Positions 10,378 to 20,542 of a stretch of DNA of 64,000 nt are shown here, piece by piece. The stretch spans positions 2,232,001 to 2,296,000 of the forward strand of contig PS015009.1 of the NCBI GenBank assembly GCA_048213135.1, given 5' to 3'. The stretch is from Reclinomonas americana ATCC 50394. Its lineage: Eukaryota. Each line of letters starts with the position of its first letter. The stretch's first letter is position 1. The translations under genes and the position numbers were made by a program. Below the pieces are notes generated by a model. The model did no database searches. It saw only the letters and a list, made by a program, of their open reading frames with translations, and was not told the origin of the DNA.

Positions 10378-11718
10378 ATGAACAAAAAACTGGTCATACT
10401 GGGAGCAGGAGAAAGCGGGGTCGGAGCGGCCTTGCTGGGAAAACAGCGTGGGTATGATGTGTTTGTAAGCGATGGTGGAAAGATCGCGGATCACTATCGT
10501 TCGGAACTGCAGATCGCCGGAATTGATTTTGAGGAAGGACAACACAATGAAGAAAGAATACTGGAAGCGGATGAAGTAATGAAGAGCCCGGGTATACCCG
10601 AAAAGAACGAACTGGTGAAAAAGATAAGGAGTAAAGGCATAACGGTGATCAGTGAAATAGAGCTGGCCTATCGTTACAAAGGCAACAGCCGCATCATCGC
10701 GGTGACGGGCAGTAATGGTAAAACAACGACCACTTCGCTGATCTACCACATCTGCAAAACAGCGGAACTGGATTGCGCTATGGTAGGCAATATCGGCTAC
10801 TCGTTTGCCCGGCAGGTAGCTGCAGATCCAAAACCATTGTATGTGGCAGAGATCAGTTCTTTTCAATTGGATGATATCATCAGCTTCAGGCCCGATGTGG
10901 CGGTGCTGACGAACATCACGGAGGATCACCTGGACAGGTATGACTATAAGATCGAGAATTATATCAACAGCAAGTTCCGTATCGTGCTTAACCAGCAACC
11001 GGGAGATGTTTTCATCTATAACCTGGACGATGAAGTAACCGTACGATACATGCACAATTATCCCATTAAATCAACACTAGCACCATTAACCATGAGTAAA
11101 CAACTGCCACAGGGCGCCTATTTGCTGAACGCGAAGATGCACCTCAAATGGAAAAACGAAGAAATGCAGATGAGTATCGAAGATTTCGCGATAAAGGGAA
11201 AACACAATCAATATAACAGTATGGCTGCAAGTTTAGCATCTACAGCGGTAGATATCAGGAAAGAAAAAATAAGAGAGGCTTTGCAGACATTCGAGAGCCT
11301 GGAACACCGTATGGAGCCCGTGGCTACCATTAAGGGTGTTGAGTTCATCAATGACAGTAAAGCCACCAACGTGAACAGTACCTGGTTTGCGCTGGAAAGC
11401 ATGGAAGCCCCGGTGATACTCATACTCGGCGGTGTTGATAAAGGGAACGACTATTCTCTCATCAAAGAGCTGGTGAAAGAAAAAGTAAAAGCCATTGTAT
11501 GCATGGGGACCGATAACCGTAAGATACATGAAGCGTTCGGCGATACGGTGTCACTGATGGTGAATACCGAAAATGCACAGGATGCTGTTCAGGCGGCGTT
11601 CCATTTCGCCGCGAAAGGTGATGTGGTACTGCTGAGCCCGGCCTGTGCCAGCTTCGACCTTTTTAAGAATTATGAGGACAGGGGCAACCAGTTCAAACAG
11701 GCGGTGAAAAATTTATAA
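10378..11718 (+). CDS. murD: UDP-MurNAc-L-Ala:D-Glu ligase MurD
   Basis: LGAGESG, KSPG, GSNGKTT, DHLDRY, NDSKATN and SPACASFD motifs; ATG 10378 preferred as start. Confidence 0.97.
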   Translation: MNKKLVILGAGESGVGAALLGKQRGYDVFVSDGGKIADHYRSELQIAGIDFEEGQHNEERILEADEVMKSPGIPEKNELVKKIRSKGITVISEIELAYRYKGNSRIIAVTGSNGKTTTTSLIYHICKTAELDCAMVGNIGYSFARQVAADPKPLYVAEISSFQLDDIISFRPDVAVLTNITEDHLDRYDYKIENYINSKFRIVLNQQPGDVFIYNLDDEVTVRYMHNYPIKSTLAPLTMSKQLPQGAYLLNAKMHLKWKNEEMQMSIEDFAIKGKHNQYNSMAASLASTAVDIRKEKIREALQTFESLEHRMEPVATIKGVEFINDSKATNVNSTWFALESMEAPVILILGGVDKGNDYSLIKELVKEKVKAIVCMGTDNRKIHEAFGDTVSLMVNTENAQDAVQAAFHFAAKGDVVLLSPACASFDLFKNYEDRGNQFKQAVKNL

Positions 11719-11738
11719 TAAGTCGTACAGGAAAGTAT

Positions 11739-13010
11739 ATGAGCGAACCACTCAATATCAGGCAGCTGTTTACACCCAACATCAGTAGTATGGGTGGCAA
11801 CCTGGTCAATAAGACCCGGGGTGACCGTGTTATATGGGGCATCGTGGTGATATTGACACTGATCAGCCTGCTCGTGGTATACAGCAGTACCGGTTCACTC
11901 GCTTATAAATACAGTAAAAGCACAGAGAGCTACCTGTTCAAACAGTTTGCTTTCATCATACTCGGTGTACTCATCATCTATTTTGCGCACCGCGTTAATT
12001 ATACCCTGTATTCAAGAATGGCGAAGATCCTGTTCTTTATTTCCATTCCATTATTGCTGTACACCTTATTTTTTGGTGTGCAACTGAATGCAGGAAGCCG
12101 CTGGATCAAACTGCCGGTGATCAACATGACTTTCCAGACTTCCGATCTCGCGAAACTGGCCCTGTTCATGTACCTGAGCCGCCAGTTGAGCCGCAAACAA
12201 CAGGTGATCAAGGATTTTAAAAAAGGATTCCTGCCCATCATCACACCGGTAGCGGTGATCTGCCTGCTCATTGCGCCGGCGAACCTGTCTACCGCGTTGC
12301 TTATTGGCGCCACCAGTTTGATGCTGATGTTCATCGGGCGGGTAAGTACAAAACATATACTCATCACGGTTGGCATTGCCGCCATACCGGTGGTCATGCT
12401 GTTTTCAGTGGCCATGAGTACTTATGATAAAAAAGAACAAAAGGCTAAAGACCTGCCGGCGGTATTTTCTGTTGGCCGTATGCCTACCTGGATCAGCCGT
12501 ATTCAAACCTTCCTCTACAGCAGTAAGGATGATGACAATGAAAAACTGTACCAGGGTAACCAGGCCAAGATAGCAGTAGCCAAAGGCGGATGGCTGGGTA
12601 AAGGTCCGGGTAACAGTGAGCAGCGTAATTTTCTGCCACATAGTTACAGTGATTTTATCTATGCCATCATCATCGAAGAGTACGGATTTGTGGGAGCCGC
12701 ATTCATGGTATTTATTTATTTGTTGTTCCTGCACCGTTGCATACGATTGTACCGGAAGTGTCCCTTTGCCTTTGGTGCCTTCCTGGCGCTGGCACTGAGT
12801 TTCACACTGGTGATACAGGCGCTGGCCAATATGGGTGTGGCGGTAGGTGCGTTCCCTAACACGGGTGTTACACTGCCACTGGTGAGTATGGGCGGAAGCA
12901 GTTTCCTTTTCACCTGTTTATCGATAGGTATCATACTCAGCGTGGCCCGCAACGTGGAACAACTGGAAGGAAAGGAAACAGAAGAAACGGTAGCAGCGAT
13001 TGAACAATAA
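11739..13010 (+). CDS. ftsW: SEDS peptidoglycan polymerase FtsW
   Basis: Multi-TM; RWI...FQTSDLAKL, SDFIYAIIIEEYG and TGVTLPLVSMGGSS motifs. Confidence 0.95.
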   Translation: MSEPLNIRQLFTPNISSMGGNLVNKTRGDRVIWGIVVILTLISLLVVYSSTGSLAYKYSKSTESYLFKQFAFIILGVLIIYFAHRVNYTLYSRMAKILFFISIPLLLYTLFFGVQLNAGSRWIKLPVINMTFQTSDLAKLALFMYLSRQLSRKQQVIKDFKKGFLPIITPVAVICLLIAPANLSTALLIGATSLMLMFIGRVSTKHILITVGIAAIPVVMLFSVAMSTYDKKEQKAKDLPAVFSVGRMPTWISRIQTFLYSSKDDDNEKLYQGNQAKIAVAKGGWLGKGPGNSEQRNFLPHSYSDFIYAIIIEEYGFVGAAFMVFIYLLFLHRCIRLYRKCPFAFGAFLALALSFTLVIQALANMGVAVGAFPNTGVTLPLVSMGGSSFLFTCLSIGIILSVARNVEQLEGKETEETVAAIEQ

Positions 13011-13013
13011 TAT

Positions 13014-14105
13014 ATGGCACACAGGATCATCATAGCAGGAGGAGGTACAGGCGGGCACATTTTCCCGGCCGTGGCCATCGCCAATGCCATCCGGAAAATA
13101 GAACCGGGTACGGAGATACTGTTTGTAGGAGCGAAAGGAAAAATGGAAATGGAGAAAGTGCCGCAGGCGGGTTATGCGATCAAAGGCCTCGACATCGCCG
13201 GGTTGAACAGGAGTTCATTGATAAAGAATGTGGCGTTGCCCTATAAACTGCTGAAAAGTTTTTTACAGGTAAGGTCTATATTCAAATCATTCCGGCCCGA
13301 TGCGGTGATCGGTGTTGGAGGATACTCCAGCTTCCCTGTATTACGACTGGCACAGGCGAGAGGCATACCCACTTTCCTGCATGAAAGTAATTCGTTTGCA
13401 GGCAAGGCCAACATCATGCTGGGAAAAAAAGCGACGGCCATTTTTGTAGCGTCCGATGGTATGAATAAATTTTTCCCGGCGGCTAAGATTATACAAACCG
13501 GTAACCCGGTGAGGGAAAGCATCGCTCACAATACTGTTAGCCGGAAAGAAGGGATTGAGTTCTTTGGTTTGTCGGCTGGCAAAAAAACGATCCTGTCCAT
13601 CGGCGGCAGCCTGGGTGCCAAAAGCATCAACGAAGCGCTGGATAAACACCTCGATGAACTGGATAAGCACGACCTGCAGCTGATCTGGCAAACAGGCAAA
13701 CCCTATGCGGAAAAAGGAAAGCGGAGAGGAGAAGGGAAAGCCAATATATGGGTGGGCGATTTCATTACGAAAATGGAACAGGCTTATGCCGCGGCCGACA
13801 TCGTGATCAGCAGGAGCGGGGCCATGGCCATCGCCGAGTTGTGCGTGATGCAGAAACCGGTTGTATTTGTGCCTTATCCTCATGCAGCGGAAGATCATCA
13901 GACCGTGAATGCACAAAATTTAGTTAATAAAAATGCAGGTATAATGATAAAAGACAGCGAGGCGTTAGATAAGCTAATACCCGCCGCTGTTGCACTGGCC
14001 GGTAACCCGCAGCGGCAGGACGAGCTGAGGATCAACATCGGGAAGCTGGCGGTGGTGAATGCGGACGAGATCATTGCCAGGGAAATTTTGAACAAATTAT
14101 CGTGA
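13014..14105 (+). CDS. murG: Lipid II GlcNAc transferase MurG
   Basis: GGGTGGHIFP, GGYSS, GNPVR, GGSLGA and DHQTVNA motifs. Confidence 0.97.
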   Translation: MAHRIIIAGGGTGGHIFPAVAIANAIRKIEPGTEILFVGAKGKMEMEKVPQAGYAIKGLDIAGLNRSSLIKNVALPYKLLKSFLQVRSIFKSFRPDAVIGVGGYSSFPVLRLAQARGIPTFLHESNSFAGKANIMLGKKATAIFVASDGMNKFFPAAKIIQTGNPVRESIAHNTVSRKEGIEFFGLSAGKKTILSIGGSLGAKSINEALDKHLDELDKHDLQLIWQTGKPYAEKGKRRGEGKANIWVGDFITKMEQAYAAADIVISRSGAMAIAELCVMQKPVVFVPYPHAAEDHQTVNAQNLVNKNAGIMIKDSEALDKLIPAAVALAGNPQRQDELRINIGKLAVVNADEIIAREILNKLS

Positions 14106-15457
14106 TCGATATACAGAACATACAAAGAATTTACTTCCTCGGCATCGGGGGCATCGGCATGAGTGCCCTTGCCCGCTATTTCAATGCCAGGGGAGTGAAA
14201 GTACAGGGGTACGATAAAACACCCACCATCCTCACCAGGCAACTGGAAGAGGAAGGCATCGCTGTGCATTACGAGGATAGTCTTGAACTGATCGATAAAG
14301 AAGCGCAACTGGTGGTGTATACTCCGGCCATTCCAAAAGATCACGCTGAACTGAATTACTACCGCGATAAGGGTTATACCGTGGTGAAACGCAGCGATGT
14401 GCTCGGTGCTATCACCAACAGTTCTTTCAACATCTGCGTAGCGGGAACACATGGCAAAACCACCACCAGTACCATGGTGGCACACATCCTCCGTCATACG
14501 GGTTATGGTTGCAATGCTTTCCTCGGAGGCATAGCCTCTAATTACAACAGTAATTTCTGGAGCAGCCCCAATAATGTATGCGTGGTGGAAGCCGATGAAT
14601 ACGACAGGAGTTTCTTGAAATTAAGTCCTGATGCGGCGATCATCACAGCCATGGACGCCGATCACCTCGACATTTACGGAACAGCGGAAAATGTACAGCA
14701 GGCATTCATCGACTTCTCTTCGAAAATAAAACCGGGCGGCTTGTTGCTGAGTAAACAAGGTCTGCCGGGTGATAAAGAACTTAAAGCGTCTGTTCATTAC
14801 CGCTATAATGTAGAAGACAGCACTGCCGATCTTTTTGCCGGTAATATCCGCATGGGTAATGGCAGCTATCTTTTTGATATCACTTCTCCTTATGGCGAAT
14901 TGAAAGATGTGGAGCTGCATATGGGAGGGAAGCACAATATTGAGAATGCGGTGGCTGCTATCGGAATTGCGCTGCACCTGTCTATTGACAAAGAAAAGAT
15001 CAGGGCTGCTGTTGCGGATTTTCGTGGTGTGAAAAGAAGGTTTGAATACATCATCAAGAATGATAAACATGTTTTTATTGATGATTATGCGCATCATCCG
15101 CAGGAACTGTCGGCCCTGCTTTCCGGTGCCAGGGGCTTGTTCCCGGGGAAGAAATGCACGGTACTGTTTCAGCCGCACCTGTATACCCGGACGAGGGATT
15201 TTGCAGATGGCTTCGCGGAAAGTCTCGACCTCGCCGACCAGGTGATCCTGATGCCCATCTACCCGGCAAGGGAATTACCCATTGAAGGGGTGACGAGTGA
15301 AATGATTTTGGGAAAGATGAAAGTGGCGGATAAAAAAGTATTGAACAGGGAAGCGCTGCTGCAATGGGTGAAAGATAATGAAACAGAATTACTCATCGTT
15401 GCCGGCGCAGGCGATATCGATACGCTTGTTGAACCGGTAAAAAAAATATTGGAATAA
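14102..15457 (+). CDS. murC: UDP-MurNAc-L-Ala ligase MurC
   Basis: GIGGIGMS, GTHGKTTT, EADEYD, DHLD and DDYAHHP motifs; GTG start overlapping the murG stop. Confidence 0.97.
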   Translation: MIDIQNIQRIYFLGIGGIGMSALARYFNARGVKVQGYDKTPTILTRQLEEEGIAVHYEDSLELIDKEAQLVVYTPAIPKDHAELNYYRDKGYTVVKRSDVLGAITNSSFNICVAGTHGKTTTSTMVAHILRHTGYGCNAFLGGIASNYNSNFWSSPNNVCVVEADEYDRSFLKLSPDAAIITAMDADHLDIYGTAENVQQAFIDFSSKIKPGGLLLSKQGLPGDKELKASVHYRYNVEDSTADLFAGNIRMGNGSYLFDITSPYGELKDVELHMGGKHNIENAVAAIGIALHLSIDKEKIRAAVADFRGVKRRFEYIIKNDKHVFIDDYAHHPQELSALLSGARGLFPGKKCTVLFQPHLYTRTRDFADGFAESLDLADQVILMPIYPARELPIEGVTSEMILGKMKVADKKVLNREALLQWVKDNETELLIVAGAGDIDTLVEPVKKILE

Positions 15458-15469
15458 ACTTTTCGTAAA

Positions 15470-16702
15470 GTGTCAGAAAAAAAACGATACAGCATTAAAC
15501 AGGTACTGTCCGCGTTGCTTTGGATAAGCATCGGAACGGCTACGGCTGTATTGCTGGTGGCGGCCATACGGAAAGACGAGTCGAGGCTTTGTAAAGAAGT
15601 GGTGCCCGATATTGAAGGCGCCAGTAATAATTTCTTTGTAGATAAGAACGATATCATTAATACCATTACTGTTATAGCCGGTCGTAACCCCGTTGGCAAA
15701 CCCACCGGGTCTTTCGACCTGGCAACGATGGAAAAACAACTGGAGAAGAATGTTTGGGTAAAAGATGCCGAATTGTTCTTTGACAACAATGCCGTGCTGC
15801 AGGTAAAAGTGCATGAAAGGGAGCCGGTGGCAAGGGTATTCAGTGCCGCGGGAACAACGTTTTATATCGATAATGACATATCGGTATTGCCGCTCAGCGA
15901 GAAATTCTCGGCCCGCCTGCCGGTGTTCACGAATTTTCCTTCAACAGGAAACAGGCTGACAAAAGCCGACAGCAGCCTGCTTCACGACATCAGGAACATA
16001 AGCCTGGCGATCCAGGAAGACAGTTTCTATATGGCGCTGGTGGAACAAGTGGATATAACACCGCAGCGCAATTTTGAAATGATACCGAAGATCGGTAACC
16101 AGGTAATTGTATTTGGTGACGGTAGTGATTATGCCGCCAAACTCGACAAGCTGAAACTCTTTTACAGGGAAGTGATGCCTAAAGCCGGATGGAATATGTA
16201 CAGCCAGGTGAACGTGCAATACAAAGGACAGGTGGTGGCCAAACGTAAAGATGCGGCGGATGTCAGCGCCGATTCGCTTCGGACATTGCAGATGCTGCAG
16301 GTGATCGCCGACCGGGCCAAGCAACTGGCAGATGATTCTTTATCTGTTATTGCACCCGACAACGAACGCAACACAGTTGACAGTACCATGATCCAGCAAT
16401 CCTTCCAGCGTGATGATGAAAGTGAGAACGGTTTTATTGCACCGGCAGAAGACAAGCCAACGGCAAAGCCGGCAACGGTTCAGCCGGTTGTGCCAGCGCC
16501 TGCCAAACCAACGGTTCCTGTAAACAACAAACCGGTAAATGCAAAACCAACAAACAATAAACCGGTAACCGCTAAACCATCTAACGGAAAGCCCGTAGTT
16601 GCTAAGCCGCCTAATGGTAAACCGGAGAATGGCAAACTGGCAAATGGCAAACCAGTCAATGATAAGCCTAAAGCTGCAATGCCAAAAAGAAATGACTATT
16701 AA
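15470..16702 (+). CDS. ftsQ: FtsQ/DivIB family cell division protein with K/P-rich C-terminal tail
   Basis: N-terminal TM, POTRA-like segment LEKNVWVKDAE...EREPVAR, located between murC and ftsA. Confidence 0.85.
   Translation: MSEKKRYSIKQVLSALLWISIGTATAVLLVAAIRKDESRLCKEVVPDIEGASNNFFVDKNDIINTITVIAGRNPVGKPTGSFDLATMEKQLEKNVWVKDAELFFDNNAVLQVKVHEREPVARVFSAAGTTFYIDNDISVLPLSEKFSARLPVFTNFPSTGNRLTKADSSLLHDIRNISLAIQEDSFYMALVEQVDITPQRNFEMIPKIGNQVIVFGDGSDYAAKLDKLKLFYREVMPKAGWNMYSQVNVQYKGQVVAKRKDAADVSADSLRTLQMLQVIADRAKQLADDSLSVIAPDNERNTVDSTMIQQSFQRDDESENGFIAPAEDKPTAKPATVQPVVPAPAKPTVPVNNKPVNAKPTNNKPVTAKPSNGKPVVAKPPNGKPENGKLANGKPVNDKPKAAMPKRNDY
16520..16669 (+). repeat. In-frame 15-bp (xxxKP) degenerate tandem repeat, 10 units
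   Basis: AAA/AAG-CCN codon pairs every 15 nt from 16529 to 16664; one unit reads KL. Confidence 0.8.
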
Positions 16703-16754
16703 AACACAAACACACAATAAATAAAACACACACACAAACAAACACAAAACACAA
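16703..16754 (+). repeat. A/C low-complexity tract in the ftsQ-ftsA spacer
   Basis: aacacaaacacacaataaataaaacacacacacaaacaaacacaaaacacaa: no G and only two T. Confidence 0.85.
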
Positions 16755-16758
16755 GTCT

Positions 16759-18126
16759 ATGAATCACGAAAATCCCATCATCGTAGGCCTGGACATCGGC
16801 ACCACCAAGATTGCTGCCATAGCCGGGCGTAAGAACGAGTACGGCAAGCTGGAGATACTGGGCTTTGGCCGTGCCAACAGCAATGGTGTGCAGCATGGCA
16901 TGGTGCTCAACATTGACCAGACTATCAAAGCCATTGAAATGGCGCTGAAGAACTGCTACGACTCCAATCCTAACCTGGAAATTGGCGAAGTGTACGTGGG
17001 CATTGCAGGGCATCACATCAAGAGCCTGCAAACCCGCGGTGACATTGTACGCCAGGCAACGGAAGACGAGATCAGGCAGGAAGAGATCGACCGACTCGTA
17101 GCCGATCAGTACCGAACGTATATTCCCGCCGGCGACCAGATCATTGATGTAATACCGCAGGAATTTACGGTAGATAATTTCCAGAACATCCCCAACCCCA
17201 TCGGGTACAGCGGTGTAAAAGTGGGCGCTAACTTCCACATCATCACCGGCGATAAAAATGCCATCCGCAACATCAACCGCAGCGTTGAGAAAGCAGGATT
17301 GAAAACAAAAGACCTGGTATTGCAGCCACTGGCTTCAGCAGCGGCCGTTATGTGCGACCAGGACCTGGAAGCAGGCGTGGCCATTGTTGATATCGGCGGT
17401 GGTACAACAGATTTGGCCGTTTTTTATGAAGGCATACTGAAACATACCGCGGTAATTCCATTCGGTGGAGAGAACATTACCAACGACATCAAAACAGGAC
17501 TGGGTGTACTGAAAACACAGGCCGAGCAAATGAAAGTTCAGTTTGGTGGTGCCCTGTCTGATGAAGCCAAGTCCAATGCCTTCATCACCATCCCCGGTCT
17601 GAGGGGCATGGCTCCCAAAGAAATTTCCGTGAAAAACCTCGCGGCCATCATACAGGCACGCATGAGCGAGATCATGGATTTTGTGACCTATCACCTGAAA
17701 CAGGTAGGGCTCGATACCCGCATGCTGAATGGCGGTATCATCCTCACCGGTGGTGGCTCACAACTCAAACACCTGATACAGCTGACCGAATACGTAACCG
17801 GCCTAAATGCAAGGATCGGTTATCCTAACGAGCACCTGGCGGCAGGCCACATCGACGAACTGGCCAAGCCTATGTACAGCACCTGTATCGGTTTAATATT
17901 GAAAGGATACAACGATTACGAGAATAATAACAAACAGTTCGAAGAGAGCTTCAGGAGAGTGTCTATTCCTGAAAACCTGCAACAGCAGCAACCTGTAGAG
18001 GAGACGCTGGATGTGGAGGAACCCGTAGTGAAAATGAAACAGCGCAAATCGCTGAAGAATTTTATGGACGGTTTCAAGAACGGGCTCATCGACCTGTTCA
18101 AAGAAGAAGAAGACGCGAAATTATAA
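16759..18126 (+). CDS. ftsA: Cell division protein FtsA
   Basis: GLDIGTTKI, VDIGGGTTD and ILTGGG actin-like ATPase motifs. Confidence 0.97.
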   Translation: MNHENPIIVGLDIGTTKIAAIAGRKNEYGKLEILGFGRANSNGVQHGMVLNIDQTIKAIEMALKNCYDSNPNLEIGEVYVGIAGHHIKSLQTRGDIVRQATEDEIRQEEIDRLVADQYRTYIPAGDQIIDVIPQEFTVDNFQNIPNPIGYSGVKVGANFHIITGDKNAIRNINRSVEKAGLKTKDLVLQPLASAAAVMCDQDLEAGVAIVDIGGGTTDLAVFYEGILKHTAVIPFGGENITNDIKTGLGVLKTQAEQMKVQFGGALSDEAKSNAFITIPGLRGMAPKEISVKNLAAIIQARMSEIMDFVTYHLKQVGLDTRMLNGGIILTGGGSQLKHLIQLTEYVTGLNARIGYPNEHLAAGHIDELAKPMYSTCIGLILKGYNDYENNNKQFEESFRRVSIPENLQQQQPVEETLDVEEPVVKMKQRKSLKNFMDGFKNGLIDLFKEEEDAKL

Positions 18127-18262
18127 TAACAGTATCACCTGTTGAACTTACTAACCCATTAACAGGTGCATGACCCGGCGGTGATTGACCAGTTGCATGT
18201 ACCAATTTTCCATCTTCCGTTCGTTCCCCTAACAGAACGGCGGAAGCCAAAAAACAAAAGCT

Positions 18263-20158
18263 ATGATACATTTTGATTTGCCTAAAGATCAATCCTCCAT
18301 CATCAAGGTAATTGGTGTGGGTGGAGGCGGAAGCAATGCGGTAAACCACATGTTTTCACAGAACATTGAAGGCGTAAACTTCATTATCTGTAATACCGAT
18401 GCGCAGGCCATTGCCCTCAGCAATGTGCCCAACAAAATCCAGCTGGGGCCGCACCTTACACAGGGCCTCGGTGCCGGTGCTAACCCTTCTATCGGCCGCC
18501 AGGCCATGGAAGAAAGCCTGGAAGAAGTGAAACGCATCCTGGAAGTGAATACCAAAATGGCCTTTATTACAGCAGGCATGGGCGGTGGTACCGGTACCGG
18601 TGGCGCTCCCATACTGGCCAAGATCTGTAAAGACCTGGGTATACTCACCGTAGGTATTGTAACCACACCCTTCACGTATGAAGGCAAGAAAAGGATTGCG
18701 CAGGCGGAAGAAGGCGTGATGCTGTTAAAGAATCATGTCGATACTTTATTGGTGATCAGTAATGATAAACTGCGGCACCAGTTCGGCAATCTCAAAATGA
18801 AGGAAGCTTTTGCCAAAGCGGATAATGTACTCGCTACCGCGGCCAAATGTATCACCGATGTGATCAACAGCACCGGCCAGATCAATGTCGATTTTGCCGA
18901 TGTATGCACCGTTATGAGTAATGGTGGTGTCGCTATTCTGGGCAGCGCTACCGCGGAAGGAGAGAACAGGGCGGCTATGGCGATTGAGAATGCACTCAAT
19001 TCACCATTGCTGAACGACAATGATATTCGTGGTGCGAAATGGATACTCATTAACATCAATTCATCCGAAGGTGAACACGAGTTTACCATGGATGAAGTGG
19101 AAGTGATACAGAACCATTTGCTGGCACAGGCCGGTGAAGATACCGATGTTATCCTGGGCCTGGGTTACGATAATACCCTCGGCAGCGAGATCGGCATTAC
19201 CCTCATCGCCACCGGTTTTGAACACAAAGATCCGTTCTCCAAAGCCAAGGCAGCGCCTGTGGTAGAAGAGAAGAAAAAGGACGAAAAAATAGTGATGACC
19301 CTCGAAATGCCGGTTAAGGAAGAACCCCGCCCCATGGTGCAGCCCGTACTGCAGTTTGACGAACAGGAAGAGGAGAAGGCCATTGCCGAGATCAGCGAAG
19401 CACCGGTAGAAATGATTGAAGATCAATTCATGCCGAAATTGGTGGATGTGGAGCCTGAGCCGGTGCAGGTAAAATTACCTGGTAAAAATACTGTGGAAAA
19501 AATCGAGGAAAAACCCGTTTTTTTTGAGATATCTTCGGCCGCAGATCAAATACCGACTGTAGAGTTTGACATACCGCAGGTGCCGGTACCCTCCGAGAAA
19601 ACACCCACAGGATCCACTATTCCAAACCACGTTCCAACAGTAAATCAAGAAGCTAGCAATACCCCTTCGTCTGGGGGATTTTTGGCCAAACCCCTGCAGA
19701 TCTATGTGGAGGAACAGCCAGTGAAACCAGAATCCAATTCGAGTGAGGAGCTACCATCACTGCAGATTAAAGACCAGGTAGACGAGCCTGAGATTGAAAT
19801 GCAACTGGTGGTTAAACCCCATCAAGCGGCGGAGGAAGAGCAACATGTACAACAGACTCAGCCCATCATGATATCCGATGTTGAGGAACCTGCAGTGCAG
19901 GACGAAGCAGAGGAGCTCAGGCGCCGGGCCGTGGATCGGATCGCTAAACTGCGTAATTTGTCATTCAATATTAACGCAGCCGATCCTAATAATGAGTTTG
20001 AAACGGTGCCTGCTTACCTTCGCCGCAACATGGACCTTCACAATTCCATCGCCAATGTAGAGAGCTTCTACAGCAACTACACCGTGAAGTCAGACGAGAA
20101 CAACCAGGCTGAGATCAGCACCATCAACACTTTTTTAGACGGAAAAAAACCTGATTAA
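18263..20158 (+). CDS. ftsZ: Cell division GTPase FtsZ with long acidic linker
   Basis: GVGGGGSNA, GAGANP, GMGGGTGTG and NVDFADV motifs; C-terminal peptide ETVPAYLRR. Confidence 0.98.
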   Translation: MIHFDLPKDQSSIIKVIGVGGGGSNAVNHMFSQNIEGVNFIICNTDAQAIALSNVPNKIQLGPHLTQGLGAGANPSIGRQAMEESLEEVKRILEVNTKMAFITAGMGGGTGTGGAPILAKICKDLGILTVGIVTTPFTYEGKKRIAQAEEGVMLLKNHVDTLLVISNDKLRHQFGNLKMKEAFAKADNVLATAAKCITDVINSTGQINVDFADVCTVMSNGGVAILGSATAEGENRAAMAIENALNSPLLNDNDIRGAKWILININSSEGEHEFTMDEVEVIQNHLLAQAGEDTDVILGLGYDNTLGSEIGITLIATGFEHKDPFSKAKAAPVVEEKKKDEKIVMTLEMPVKEEPRPMVQPVLQFDEQEEEKAIAEISEAPVEMIEDQFMPKLVDVEPEPVQVKLPGKNTVEKIEEKPVFFEISSAADQIPTVEFDIPQVPVPSEKTPTGSTIPNHVPTVNQEASNTPSSGGFLAKPLQIYVEEQPVKPESNSSEELPSLQIKDQVDEPEIEMQLVVKPHQAAEEEQHVQQTQPIMISDVEEPAVQDEAEELRRRAVDRIAKLRNLSFNINAADPNNEFETVPAYLRRNMDLHNSIANVESFYSNYTVKSDENNQAEISTINTFLDGKKPD

Positions 20159-20262
20159 TACAACCGCACGCCGGTACAGCCATGTGCCGGCTTTGCTGTT
20201 TCAACTTTTGTTTGTGTTTGTAATACCGCCGAAAGGCAAATTTGGTGATTTTAGTTATGTGG

Positions 20263-20292
20263 CCCCGCTCTTCCAAGAGCGGGGTTTGTGTT
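20263..20292 (+). terminator. Intrinsic terminator after the dcw cluster
   Basis: CCCCGCTCT-tcca-AGAGCGGGG stem followed by TTTGTGTT. Confidence 0.7.
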
Positions 20293-20293
20293 G

Positions 20294-20361
20294 CCGTCGC
20301 CCGGTCTCCCGACCAGCGACATTCTTAGCCGCCGCTGTTTGGTCTCCAGACCAACAGCGGC
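20294..20361 (+). repeat. Pair of REP-like hairpins (GGTCTC..GACC family)
   Basis: ccgtcgcccggtctcccgaccagcgac and gccgctgtttggtctccagaccaacagcggc. Confidence 0.75.
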
Positions 20362-20542
20362 CTCAATTTGGGCGTGTCCCTGCGGGCCGGGCTTTCCGCT
20401 GCTAGTCCTCCCCCGTGTAATGCAATACTGTGGCTCCTTCGTCGCCAGGTTAGCTAACACGGGGTGCGGGCTATACACTGCAATCCCTCACGCAGCCTCC
20501 ACTGAAGCCGCCACAGCGTGTTATAGCTCTACTTGTTTTGAC

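Noticed and set aside
19230-20158. Very long acidic FtsZ linker (631 aa total)
   Set aside because: Long FtsZ C-terminal linkers are usual in Bacteroidota.
3478-20158. dcw cluster lacks murF, ddl and murB
   Set aside because: This is the usual Bacteroidota arrangement; these genes are typically elsewhere.
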